DNA of 47,377 nucleotides from a virus: UHGV virus genome UHGV-0210496; one strand, 5' to 3'. Shown piece by piece: positions 36,105 to 45,853 of this stretch (position 1 is its first letter; each line of letters starts with the position of its first letter). The notes under the pieces were generated by a model. It saw only the letters and a program-made list of their open reading frames with translations, ran no database searches and was not told where the DNA came from. The position numbers and the translations under genes were made by a program.

Positions 36105-36311
36105 TTATTTCTCAATTATTGACTCTATTTCGTGTTCAAAGAAAACAACAGATCGATCTTTTAACTTTCCGGATTGCGGTCTAATAACCAAATATTCTCC
36201 TTCATCGTCATTATCTTCGCTAGTAGTGTAGTCAATGATTCTACCTGACAATATAACACCATCCAAAAACGTTACTCGGACTTCTTTTCCTAGATAACTT
36301 TCTAAATCCAT
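36105..36311 (-). CDS. 68-aa acidic protein - candidate immunity protein for the upstream toxin-like ORF
   Basis: It lies immediately 3' of the toxin-like ORF, with a 1-nt gap. Confidence 0.45.
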   Translation of the reverse strand: MDLESYLGKEVRVTFLDGVILSGRIIDYTTSEDNDDEGEYLVIRPQSGKLKDRSVVFFEHEIESIIEK

Positions 36312-36312
36312 C

Positions 36313-36768
36313 TTAGCTCTCTCCTTTCCATGGTACTAAATGAGTTCTATTTACTGAATGATGAATCTTAAATCCCTTTACCTCCAAGCCGGTTCGATAA
36401 TCAAAGCCTAAAAATGAATCAGTCATAATTTTTTCTTTGTTCATTCGACCGTTTTTATTAGTTTCGACAACCCCCGTACCAGCATATTTATCAAATAGAC
36501 CTTGAATATCCACATCATCATTGAAATAACTTTTGCCTGGTTTAGCAGTATTTTTCATGTGAGGCGCTTGTTTATCTGCATTTATAACAGAACCATATCT
36601 TCCGTCTTTCAGACGAGATTTAACAAAGTAATGATCTCTCAAAGAATCCCATTCATTACCCTTATTATACTTGATATTCTGGTACTTATCCAATGTCTGA
36701 GGCGCATTCTTATCACCTATTACATTTTTTAATTTTCTGTATTCAGCATTATCCTTTGTAGCGTTTTT
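36313..36768 (-). CDS. MuF-associated toxin-like module in the +1 frame relative to MuF (open from the A7 run to the stop at 36313)
   Basis: The +1 frame opens at the TAA inside GAAGATAAAAAAACGC, which is the A7 run on the minus strand (plus-strand T7 at 36764-36770). It continues without stops into the 126-aa track ORF (...GFKIHHSVNRTHLVPWKGES). No ATG is present, and the track start is a TTG at 36693. Confidence 0.45.
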   Translation of the reverse strand, partial: KNATKDNAEYRKLKNVIGDKNAPQTLDKYQNIKYNKGNEWDSLRDHYFVKSRLKDGRYGSVINADKQAPHMKNTAKPGKSYFNDDVDIQGLFDKYAGTGVVETNKNGRMNKEKIMTDSFLGFDYRTGLEVKGFKIHHSVNRTHLVPWKGES

Positions 36769-37900
36769 TTATCTTCTTTTTCTGCAATTCTATTTCATCA
36801 TTCGAATACTTTTCTTTAAGCTTGTTCATCCAATCGTTATAGGTAGTGTCACCTCTAATTGGAATGACTTTACCACTGATAGGATCTAATGCGTTTCTAG
36901 GTAGTTTCAGCGTGCGTTTGCTGTACATAATAGCTATTGTTCTACACCAAGGATGAAACGGCGGATACGTTCCGCTAGCACCGTTTACCTTAGCTTCAGA
37001 AACTGGATAAATTTTGTGATCTTTGCCTTTGCAGATTTCAGACGTTCGCAAGTCCAACACAGCTACTAGAATGTACTCTTTTACGCCATTATCTTGCCAC
37101 GCTTTGAGTTTTGCTTGGTTAGCCATGTAATTAGCTTCCGTGCGTATCAACCGCCTAGCAACACCAATTGAGCGGTCAAATTCACTAGCTATTGCCTTAG
37201 CCATCTCAAACTCAGACATGCCAGTCATTGATTCGACAGTGAACAACTCTTCTAATCTTGCCGCTAAAGCTTCAGTGTCGCCCCACAGCCTTTTAGAATA
37301 ATTTGATCCATGCCAATGGCTATCAAGTATGTTCTTTGTATACCTGGTAGATAATTCTTTGAACTGATAATCCTTTTTGTTCCATACCTCAATGACAACG
37401 CCATTTTTAGCATTCTCTTGTGCCTTACGAATGACTGATTCAGCAGTAGCCTCACGATATGACTCATGAATAGCATCTACATAAAATTCAGTCTGCTTTT
37501 CTAACTGGACATCAGCAACTTGTTTAGAAACTAAAAAAGACTTGGCTTTCAAGTCCTCTGCACGAGTGATACGCTCTTTAAACGCTAATGCTTGCAATCG
37601 ATTCTTGGCCGAGGCTTGCAACTCTGGATTTTTAATCTGCTTGGATAGTTTTCTTAACTCCGCTAACTCTTCAACTGACGTTGTTTGATTCAGTATCCTT
37701 TTAGCTTCATCCTCAGATAGTCCAGACCGTTGTTGAGAGCGTGCAAATAGCTTCCTAACCTTTTGGGTTAAGTAGGTCTGTGCTTGCCTGTAAGCTTTTG
37801 CCACAGCATCCTCAACTCTGATTGCACCATCGTTTATCTTTTGTTCAGCATCAACATTGCGGCGCTCCCAATAGGATAGCTTACGTTTCTTTTGAGCCAT
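36749..37900 (-). CDS. Head morphogenesis protein, Mu F / SPP1 gp7 family
   Basis: Conserved ...GTYPPFHPWCRT... motif near the C-terminus. Position after the portal. Confidence 0.85.
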   Translation of the reverse strand: MAQKKRKLSYWERRNVDAEQKINDGAIRVEDAVAKAYRQAQTYLTQKVRKLFARSQQRSGLSEDEAKRILNQTTSVEELAELRKLSKQIKNPELQASAKNRLQALAFKERITRAEDLKAKSFLVSKQVADVQLEKQTEFYVDAIHESYREATAESVIRKAQENAKNGVVIEVWNKKDYQFKELSTRYTKNILDSHWHGSNYSKRLWGDTEALAARLEELFTVESMTGMSEFEMAKAIASEFDRSIGVARRLIRTEANYMANQAKLKAWQDNGVKEYILVAVLDLRTSEICKGKDHKIYPVSEAKVNGASGTYPPFHPWCRTIAIMYSKRTLKLPRNALDPISGKVIPIRGDTTYNDWMNKLKEKYSNDEIELQKKKIKKRYKG

Positions 37901-37911
37901 TTAATCAGCTC

Positions 37912-39351
37912 CTAGTCTTCTTCAGTCTCTTCGTTCGGCTCATCATCCAAATCCGAATGACTATCTTCAGCTTGTACACCCAACGCTTTGGCCTGCAACT
38001 TCATATTTTCCTCTTTTTGCTGATTCAACATTTCAACAACTTCTTGAGGATTGTCGATATCATCTAACCATCCTAAGCTAATCAACAATGGAATAAACTC
38101 TTGAGATTCCTTGATTTGATTAATGATATCCGAACGGTTGATAGGAAGATTAGGTTTGAACTTGATTGTTGTTCCTTCAACATCCACATTCTGACCTTTT
38201 ACATTCAAGATATTCTGCAACAATTCCAAACGCTGCATGATGCCATCTTCTAAATATCCGATCTTGATTGACAACACAAGTAGCAATCCGAACAACTTGT
38301 ATTTCATCGCTTCTCCGGATTGAGTACCAGCAAAATTTTCATCATTTAAATTTGGCACATAAGTCGTCTTGTGGAAATCATCAAGTAAAGAGTCAGCCAG
38401 CTTTTGTACCTGAGTTTCATCGAATGTGTTAGTAGCATACTGGAAGTCTCCACCATCTTGTTTTGACGGGGCTTCGATAGCCATTGTTCCGTTTATCTCA
38501 TCTGGCTTTTCGTCAGGCAAACCAAATCCGAACATAATCATAATCGCTTTGACGAAGTTCTTCTTGTCTTTGATACGATCCGTCTGCAAGACGTTGTACC
38601 CATCTATTTGGGACAATTGCTGCTCATAGTCGCCTTGCTTTTCTTCGTTGTTCCTAAACTCAACTACAGGCACATCCTTGTAGTAATGTGATTTGAACTT
38701 CGGATTAGGAGTTCGCTTTATTAAACTAGTCTTATCCAAATGTTTTGTTTTTGAGTAATAAATGATTACTCCTTTTTTTGTATAAACTGATATTTCCCAA
38801 AATGTTCTTCGTTTTAAATCCCGCTTTTTAACCATACGAACAGCAAATAGTTTCGTTCGGTCGATAGTATCATCAACAACAAGAAACATTCCTCTTGGAT
38901 CAATCCATGCAATCTTTGGTATGGTTTCAGGAACATCGTTTCCTTCGGTACCGGGTTTAATAGCAAGGTAATGTAACTCAAGCCCCATGCCCATTGTTGA
39001 CAATCCTTTTTCTAATTCTTTGTCATGCTTCTTAATTTTCATCTTTTCTAACGCATCCGTAACAGGAGTAATATCTTTACCCTTTGCAGCTGCATAAGAA
39101 ACGGGAGCGCCGACAGTGAATCCTACCATCATATCCGTTACATATTTAGCGTTGTTGACAAAGATTTCGTCCATATCGTGTGGCGTTCGGATTTTCGTTT
39201 GTCCGATCTTGTGCGGTTTACCTTCATAGTAATCAAACAACATATCCAGCCGTGGTATTTCTTTCTTATGCTCATCCATACAGAAGTTAATTACTTCCAT
39301 ACTAGGGTTGTTAATATCGCCAGCTAATTCACGATCAATAGCAATTGCCAT
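37912..39351 (-). CDS. Portal protein
   Basis: 479 aa between TerL and MuF, with an acidic C-terminus. Confidence 0.85.
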   Translation of the reverse strand: MAIAIDRELAGDINNPSMEVINFCMDEHKKEIPRLDMLFDYYEGKPHKIGQTKIRTPHDMDEIFVNNAKYVTDMMVGFTVGAPVSYAAAKGKDITPVTDALEKMKIKKHDKELEKGLSTMGMGLELHYLAIKPGTEGNDVPETIPKIAWIDPRGMFLVVDDTIDRTKLFAVRMVKKRDLKRRTFWEISVYTKKGVIIYYSKTKHLDKTSLIKRTPNPKFKSHYYKDVPVVEFRNNEEKQGDYEQQLSQIDGYNVLQTDRIKDKKNFVKAIMIMFGFGLPDEKPDEINGTMAIEAPSKQDGGDFQYATNTFDETQVQKLADSLLDDFHKTTYVPNLNDENFAGTQSGEAMKYKLFGLLLVLSIKIGYLEDGIMQRLELLQNILNVKGQNVDVEGTTIKFKPNLPINRSDIINQIKESQEFIPLLISLGWLDDIDNPQEVVEMLNQQKEENMKLQAKALGVQAEDSHSDLDDEPNEETEED

Positions 39352-39355
39352 TCTT

Positions 39356-40705
39356 TCACCTTCTTGTTAACCATTCTGGTTGTTTTTTGATAGTAATTGT
39401 TTTCTTCTTCATATCATCACTAAAAGCGTATCTAGTAGCATCGATCGTATGATTATCTTTATCCTCTAGACGTGGCTTAGGATTGCCATCCTTATCCGTC
39501 TGATAATCGATATTTTCAAACTCTCTCGCAATATTCGGTGTTCTCTTGGGATCAATGCAGATGAAATCCAGATCATCCAGCCATTGTTCTCCATACTCCA
39601 CGGAATCAGGACCTTTCTTGACGCCCTTAACTTTCTTCATACCTTGATCGTATCTTAATTCATCAATACTTTTTGGTTCTGCTGAATCCGCAAAGACCTC
39701 ATCTGATCCATATCCTTTTGCGCGTGCTTTACCAGCAAATTCACGGTTACTCATTTTCACACCATATATTTCATCAATAGCATAAATGCCATTTTTCTTC
39801 TTATCATAGTGCCACCGCACAAATGCCAATGGGTCAGTCGCATAACCAAAGTCCAAACCGTTTCGGATGTTATCGAAATTCGCCACCATCTCATCAGTGA
39901 TAGACCCTGGTTCGATCTGTAAATTATCAAAAGGTACCACACCCGAACCAATTGCTTCACCCATGTATTCCCAACGATATTTCAAAGGCTTGTTCTTTTT
40001 GACGTTTTCCGCTTCTTCAACAAATTTCTTTGATAAATATGGATTTCCAAGATACGTTGAGTGATGAACAAAAGTATTTGAATCGATAAAACTGGATTCA
40101 TATTTTTTATTTACCCAAGACTGGCGCCGTTTGGGTGGGTTGTAAGAATAATAAAAGCTATAATCAAACGGATATACTTTTTTGCGTTGGCTGTCGGAAG
40201 TAAATTTCCCTTCCAACTCTTCACGAAGAATTGAATTTTCAATCGTGGTGACTTCTTCTTCGGTTTTGAATTCTGCCAATTCTTCCCACCAGCCAATAGC
40301 TAGAGGAAAGTCGGCATCTTTGATTGATTTGATTTTTTCAGGATCATCTGCACCTGCAAAGTAAATCTTATTCCCCCTGGGCTTATAGGTGATCTCAAGT
40401 TTTGAGTCAACAAATCGAAAAAGATGCCGAACGCCTAAGACGTTTGCAGCACCTTTAAAGTTTGCATAGGATGATTTCAAAATTGTATTTTGTACTTTTC
40501 TTATTCCAATTGCAGATACTGGATATTCCATCACATCCAACATGATTCTCATAGGGATATGAAATGATTTACCAGATCCACGTCCACCTTTTAGGACATA
40601 TCGAAGGTGCTTCTTTTTCTTGGATGCTATCCAGAAGGATTTGAATTGATCAAGTACGATTTCCGAAAGCCTAACCGTCGTTTGTGTCGTCGATATCATC
40701 GACAA
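39356..40705 (-). CDS. terL: Terminase large subunit
   Basis: Walker A LKGGRGSGKS. A C-terminal nuclease region with acidic residues. Overlaps terS by 35 nt. Confidence 0.9.
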   Translation of the reverse strand: MSMISTTQTTVRLSEIVLDQFKSFWIASKKKKHLRYVLKGGRGSGKSFHIPMRIMLDVMEYPVSAIGIRKVQNTILKSSYANFKGAANVLGVRHLFRFVDSKLEITYKPRGNKIYFAGADDPEKIKSIKDADFPLAIGWWEELAEFKTEEEVTTIENSILREELEGKFTSDSQRKKVYPFDYSFYYSYNPPKRRQSWVNKKYESSFIDSNTFVHHSTYLGNPYLSKKFVEEAENVKKNKPLKYRWEYMGEAIGSGVVPFDNLQIEPGSITDEMVANFDNIRNGLDFGYATDPLAFVRWHYDKKKNGIYAIDEIYGVKMSNREFAGKARAKGYGSDEVFADSAEPKSIDELRYDQGMKKVKGVKKGPDSVEYGEQWLDDLDFICIDPKRTPNIAREFENIDYQTDKDGNPKPRLEDKDNHTIDATRYAFSDDMKKKTITIKKQPEWLTRR

Positions 40706-41231
40706 TCACCACTTTCTGTGCTGCGTTGACATCAAGCTTATCATTGAACATTCCCAAATGACGGCCAAGCATTTCTAATGATCTCGTTTTGTCTGCTAAT
40801 TTAATTTCTCTTTCGACACTTGAGCCTTTTTCTCCCCATGACTCTTTTACCTTGATTGACTGAATGACAGCCAAGTCATCGTCGGATGCATTTTCTAAAA
40901 CTGATGCATCTTTTGGATCGATTAAATCAGTCGCTTTTACAAATGCAATCTTTGCTAGTTCCTGAAGCACTCGGTCCTGATTAATGCCCGTACGGCGTGA
41001 TCGTTCCGCCATTTTTTGTTCAATGTACGTGCGAACCTTAACTATTCCTAATAACTGTGAACCCTTAACATCTGCTGTTTTAGGGCTATAACCAGCTCGA
41101 ATGGCAGCTTGCGTGGCATTTAGGTCAATCAAATACTCATCGGCGAATAGCTGCTGCTTGGGACTAAGTTTGGCCATAAATGCCACACTCCTTTCTTTAA
41201 TAAAAAAAGACACCTGTTTAGATGTCTCCAA
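40671..41231 (-). CDS. terS: Terminase small subunit
   Basis: N-terminal MAKLSPKQQLFADEYLIDLNATQAAIRAGYS, the Terminase_2 HTH. Confidence 0.8.
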   Translation of the reverse strand: METSKQVSFFIKERSVAFMAKLSPKQQLFADEYLIDLNATQAAIRAGYSPKTADVKGSQLLGIVKVRTYIEQKMAERSRRTGINQDRVLQELAKIAFVKATDLIDPKDASVLENASDDDLAVIQSIKVKESWGEKGSSVEREIKLADKTRSLEMLGRHLGMFNDKLDVNAAQKVVIVDDIDDTNDG

Positions 41232-41235
41232 AAGT

Positions 41236-42114
41236 TTAATCTACAAAATCATCATCCAAAAAAATTAAATCAATTTTATCGCCAAACACTTGGTTTGCAA
41301 CTTTTATTGTTTCGTTTTTTGCAACTTCAAAATGTGTTTCTCTAAAACATTTGGCTATTATTAGATTCTGTTTACTATTCCAAGATTGCTTAGACGCATA
41401 CACCTTTAAGTTACTAGATCTCATTAAAATATCATTAAAATTTAGAACAACATCGGGGGAAAAAACTTCTCCATCCGGCATAACCAAAGTGAATATAAAT
41501 GGAGTTGCGTTAGTGTTTTTAATCTCACTATTGCCATTATATCTTATTAAGTCTTGAAGTCTTTGTATTAAAGCATCATTCACATCTTCTTGTTTAAAAT
41601 TCCCCATTGCATTTTCATAGTCTAAAACTTTAAAAATTGGATTATCTGGTGCTTTTTCATAATCGATTTCCGCAATCATGTTTCTTAGTTGATCTTTAAG
41701 CTCAGAACTACCAGCAATATCATTAGTATAAAAGATTGTTCTCTCAGCTATTATATCAAAAGGTAGACTTGTTCCGTTTTCACAAATTAAAATTGTGTGT
41801 TTTCTCATAGTAAACCGTATGCCCAGTTCATACATGACATTTGGATTAAGTCCTGTCAAATTACATATGGCCAGTTTATCATTGTAAATGTGCCTGACTA
41901 CTTGGTCATTAATAGATCCAGTTTCACTAATTTCGTGTGCGACTACAGGAGAAAGTTTGAACTCTTTTAACACTGGAGTAATCACTTCTTTTGTAATTCC
42001 ATCAGCAAATCTTCTCTCTCTTCCGTCTTGTGCACCTATCGGGGTAATGACAAAACAATTATTATTTTTGATATCGTTTTCTTTTGTTTCACTATTATCT
42101 GCCAACATTATCAC
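41236..42114 (-). CDS. SLOG/nucleoside 2-deoxyribosyltransferase-like (TIR-like Rossmannoid) N-terminal domain protein with unknown C-terminal domain
   Basis: CFVITPIG... is a beta1-like strand. Later comes ...LAICNLTGLNPNVMYELGIRFTMRKHTILIC...LPFDI, matching the ...ITG.NPNV.YELG.A.A.GKPVI motif of the deoxyribosyltransferase-like superfamily. From memory, not a search. Confidence 0.5.
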   Translation of the reverse strand: MIMLADNSETKENDIKNNNCFVITPIGAQDGRERRFADGITKEVITPVLKEFKLSPVVAHEISETGSINDQVVRHIYNDKLAICNLTGLNPNVMYELGIRFTMRKHTILICENGTSLPFDIIAERTIFYTNDIAGSSELKDQLRNMIAEIDYEKAPDNPIFKVLDYENAMGNFKQEDVNDALIQRLQDLIRYNGNSEIKNTNATPFIFTLVMPDGEVFSPDVVLNFNDILMRSSNLKVYASKQSWNSKQNLIIAKCFRETHFEVAKNETIKVANQVFGDKIDLIFLDDDFVD

Positions 42115-42292
42115 TCCATTATTTATTTATAATACAATAATATCAACAAATACAAATAAAAGACAGCGCTAGCGGATTTAGAAATGAGATTATTCACCTA
42201 TTCCGGAAATTGTGCTGTCTTTCATATTTTTCGACAATATAAGAATATCATGTAAAAATCAATATGTCTGTTGAATCTGTGTTGACAACGTA

Positions 42293-42709
42293 TTATACAT
42301 TTTTACTAAATCGTATCATCTTCATAATGTCCGCATGTCTGCTTCTTATATACTGATAGGTATATCCTGTTTCTTCAGCTATTGATTCAAGCTTCATACC
42401 ATCTACATATTTCATTTTGAGTATCCGCTGATCTAGCCCTTGAAACTTTTCAATCGTGTCAATAATATCTTGTCTTTGCTTTTTCAGTTGTTCCTCTCTT
42501 GTTGCCAATGATTCGATCACTTCCTTAAGTCTTGCCTGCTTTTGTAAAGCTGTCAAAAAAGTTTGATGTTTCGCCAAATCGCCATCTTCATTGCTGTAGT
42601 TTTGCCAACGATATAATTCGTTCTCATTTAAATCCAACGATAGCCTTATTTCGAAAAGCTCTTGATCGATCGCTATCAGTGAAGTTACCCATTCATATAT
42701 GCGAATCAC
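42293..42709 (-). CDS. ArpU-family late transcriptional regulator (sigma-70 region-4-like)
   Basis: The C-terminus ...LDQRILKMKYVDGMKLESIAEETGYTYQYIRSRHADIMKMI is an HTH. Located just upstream of the packaging genes. Confidence 0.7.
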   Translation of the reverse strand: MIRIYEWVTSLIAIDQELFEIRLSLDLNENELYRWQNYSNEDGDLAKHQTFLTALQKQARLKEVIESLATREEQLKKQRQDIIDTIEKFQGLDQRILKMKYVDGMKLESIAEETGYTYQYIRSRHADIMKMIRFSKNV

Positions 42710-42933
42710 CTTCTTGCATTTTTTACTTTTTGAACGTTCTCGTCTTGAAATGTAATAACCGCGTTTAAAAACCCTAATACAAGTGGATGGTTATTATATT
42801 TGTTTCCTAGATCCCCCATAGACTTTACTAGCCATTCCCAGTACTGGTCAGAAGTCACCGGATATTTTTGTGTCACTTGATTAGATTCATTCATCCACTC
42901 ATGAATATCCGTAAATACTGCATTCCAATCCAA
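42706..42933 (-). CDS. Hypothetical small protein
   Basis: Track ORF of 75 aa, coupled to its neighbours. Confidence 0.4.
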   Translation of the reverse strand: MDWNAVFTDIHEWMNESNQVTQKYPVTSDQYWEWLVKSMGDLGNKYNNHPLVLGFLNAVITFQDENVQKVKNARR

Positions 42934-43326
42934 TCAAATCCCCTCAATTCTGATATAGATACCTGGTTGATCTGCCCAAAACTTCTCAGCTACCAAACTG
43001 GCCACATAACAATCATCTTTCCAGAAGCCTAGATCAGTCATGCAATCCTGCAATAATTTCTGGCTATTATCCAAGTCGGGCTTCGTGTATTTGTACTCTC
43101 CATTTTGATGCCCATTTATTATAGGAAACAACCACTTCACCATGAGACGAACCGGACCCATGTATTTTTCTTCGGGAACGTGCTTGGCCAGATGTGCTGT
43201 CAGCTTTTGGCGAGCAGCCTGCAGTTCTTTGGGTTCATAGAAATGTGGCTTCCCATTTACTACTGAAACCTTCTTTTGCTGGTGAGTCGTTTCTGGTGGA
43301 ATCATAGGCATGAAGAACTCAATCAT
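42934..43326 (-). CDS. RusA-like Holliday junction resolvase
   Basis: 130 aa with ...KPDLDNSQKLLQDCMTDLGFWKDDCYV..., the D-x-D-N catalytic motif pattern. Confidence 0.7.
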   Translation of the reverse strand: MIEFFMPMIPPETTHQQKKVSVVNGKPHFYEPKELQAARQKLTAHLAKHVPEEKYMGPVRLMVKWLFPIINGHQNGEYKYTKPDLDNSQKLLQDCMTDLGFWKDDCYVASLVAEKFWADQPGIYIRIEGI

Positions 43327-43573
43327 CGAACAACACCTCGAATCTTGTTATTTTATTTTTAGTAATCCTATATTTCCAAATTCTGTAAATATCCATTTTT
43401 GTCTTGCTGTAACCTTTTATCAATATCTATCCCCCAAGGGGAGATATTGATAAGGTTAGCAGACAGCAGTATGACAACGTTTTCGAGTTGTAAATAGCTA
43501 GTAAAAAGCTATTTAGCTTACAACGGATAGTGTGTTTTGTAAAAAGCTATTCAAACTTTACTGGCTCTTTACT

Positions 43574-45796
43574 TTATTCTTCTTTTTGTTTTTCGACATA
43601 TCCTTCGCTTATCTTGAATGTCTCATGTTTTTTAACTTTGTTGTAAATTGACTGTCTTGAAATATCTAAATACTCAGCGATATCTTCCACGCTCACTGAT
43701 TCGTCATTCATGGACAAAGCACTAAAAGCCGTTTCTAATTCTTGTTTTGATTTTTCGCTACGTGATTGATTGGCTTTCTTCGTACCTTTTTTCCAGTTTT
43801 CTTTTGGGTCCTCGTCTAGCTTTATGTCTGCCAGTGAAGGATCAAGTACATGCAATGGATATTTGAACCATGCATTGATCGGATCGAATTTCGGAAATTC
43901 TCGCAGCGTTCCATCTATTCGCCATGCAGTTGCCTGTCTGGATAGTCGAACCGCCTGCTGCCTTTGAAGTTCTACCTGTTTCAAAATTTCCTGTGATCTA
44001 ATTGCACTCATCAAGTGTTGGCCCATCTGCTTCACACTGAATTGATCGTCTTGGCTGATTTGGCCATAAGTTGGATTATATTGTTGGATCGCTCGAAGAT
44101 AAACCCTGCAGGTAGCTTCGTTTTCCATAGCCATGTAGCGATCCTCAGTGACTGGCAACTCAATTAAATCCAATATCGCATCAGGATCTCGTGCAAATAC
44201 TCCGGATCCGCTCGAGCGGTCAATAGAATTCTTTCCACCTTGCGAGCCTTTCGAGTGATGATGACAGTAAATGACGGCACAGTTCAACTCAGTCGCGATT
44301 TTATCAAATTGGTTCGTAAACTTAGCCATCTCATGGGCGCTGTTTTCGTCCCCAGTCAATACCTTATAAATCGGGTCGATGATCACGGCCATGTAATTGG
44401 ATTTTTGAGCACGTCGGATCAGTTTAGGCGCTAACTTATCCATCGGGCTTGTCTTACCACGTAAATTCCAAATATCAATATTTGATACATTACTATGACC
44501 TTGTCCTAATTTTTCGTAGATATCAACGAATCGAACTCTTGCTGATCGATCATCTAATTCCAGATTGACATACAGCACCTTCCCCTGTGCGCAGTCAAAA
44601 CCGAACCACTGTCGACCTTCTGCAATGGCGATGGCCAATTGGATAAGTGAAAATGATTTCCCAGCTTTTGATGGTCCAGCAATTAACATCTTATGCCCTT
44701 GGCGCAGCATTCCTTTAATTAATTCCGGCGCAAGTTCAATCGGTTGATCAAACAAATCGGACAAACTTTCCGGATCCGGAAGATCGTCATTGATACTCTC
44801 GATCCACTCTTTCCATTCATCCCAAGAAGATTTCCCAATATTTGTATCGATAATAAACTGCTTTTTATCTCCTCGAGTCACACCAGGCATTCGACTTAGT
44901 CTGGAAGGGTTCCTGTTTTGATTATCGTTTGTCAGTCCGTTTTTCTTGCAGACATCATAAAGATAATCAACCCGCTTCCGATACTCCGGATAATTGTCAG
45001 CGTCCACTCTTACGATGGCATGGATCGATTTTCCACCACTGTACAGCATTGCCGTAATAGGCAGCTCAAGTTCTCGCATGATCGCATTTTGCTTTTCGAG
45101 GCTCATGTTGTCAGATTCTACTAACGCATAGCGGAATTCCGTAACATTATCATTCTTTACGCCTTTACCATCCATAGGATTAAATCGAATCCACGCACCC
45201 GCTTCTGGATTATAATCACCAAGGACTGATCCTATATCATCCCCACAATGGGTCAATGCTTCAATTAATTGTCCTGCTGTTCGGTCAAAAGCTCCTTTGT
45301 TCGAGGGCTTCCATTTTCCGTCTTCGTCTTGCCACGATTCTACATTATAAGCAACCGTTTCTGATGGTTCGAATAATGTTTCCAGATAACGGATGATCTG
45401 TCTTGCTGGCTCCCACTTCACTGGTTCATTGATTTCTTTGCCCTCAATCCAGTTTCGGTCAATAATGACCAAATCATCTTTTTGAAGTGTGCCGTTCCAA
45501 TCCAATTCATGGCCACCGTCCTCATTTCTAAAAGGGGATGTCCAGCCATAATCTTTTGCCAGCTGTGTAATCGTTGCACCAGTGACTGGTTGATTGGTTC
45601 CTTCAAAACTATCCCATTTCTTGAAACATTCCCCTGAATGGTATCGTCCGGAATCTTGTTGGCTCCATTGATCCCAATCTAGTGCGGTGTATCCTTCATG
45701 CTTGAGAGCCATCCCAACGTTGACCCATTCCTGATAACCCAGCATTGATGGGTCAACGTATTTTAATAGTTCTGTTAAATCTAATTTATTTTCCAA
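43574..45796 (-). CDS. Bifunctional primase-polymerase / P-loop helicase (P4/D5-like), C-terminal HTH
   Basis: N-terminal Prim-Pol-like domain, a central P-loop LIAGPSKAGKSF with Walker B ...MAVIIDPI..., and a C-terminal ...VEDIAEYLDISRQSIYNKVKK HTH. Confidence 0.8.
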   Translation of the reverse strand: MENKLDLTELLKYVDPSMLGYQEWVNVGMALKHEGYTALDWDQWSQQDSGRYHSGECFKKWDSFEGTNQPVTGATITQLAKDYGWTSPFRNEDGGHELDWNGTLQKDDLVIIDRNWIEGKEINEPVKWEPARQIIRYLETLFEPSETVAYNVESWQDEDGKWKPSNKGAFDRTAGQLIEALTHCGDDIGSVLGDYNPEAGAWIRFNPMDGKGVKNDNVTEFRYALVESDNMSLEKQNAIMRELELPITAMLYSGGKSIHAIVRVDADNYPEYRKRVDYLYDVCKKNGLTNDNQNRNPSRLSRMPGVTRGDKKQFIIDTNIGKSSWDEWKEWIESINDDLPDPESLSDLFDQPIELAPELIKGMLRQGHKMLIAGPSKAGKSFSLIQLAIAIAEGRQWFGFDCAQGKVLYVNLELDDRSARVRFVDIYEKLGQGHSNVSNIDIWNLRGKTSPMDKLAPKLIRRAQKSNYMAVIIDPIYKVLTGDENSAHEMAKFTNQFDKIATELNCAVIYCHHHSKGSQGGKNSIDRSSGSGVFARDPDAILDLIELPVTEDRYMAMENEATCRVYLRAIQQYNPTYGQISQDDQFSVKQMGQHLMSAIRSQEILKQVELQRQQAVRLSRQATAWRIDGTLREFPKFDPINAWFKYPLHVLDPSLADIKLDEDPKENWKKGTKKANQSRSEKSKQELETAFSALSMNDESVSVEDIAEYLDISRQSIYNKVKKHETFKISEGYVEKQKEE

Positions 45797-45853
45797 TTTG
45801 GTATCACATGCTTTCTTTGCTATAATAAATTAAAAATGAATTGAGGTTATTTT

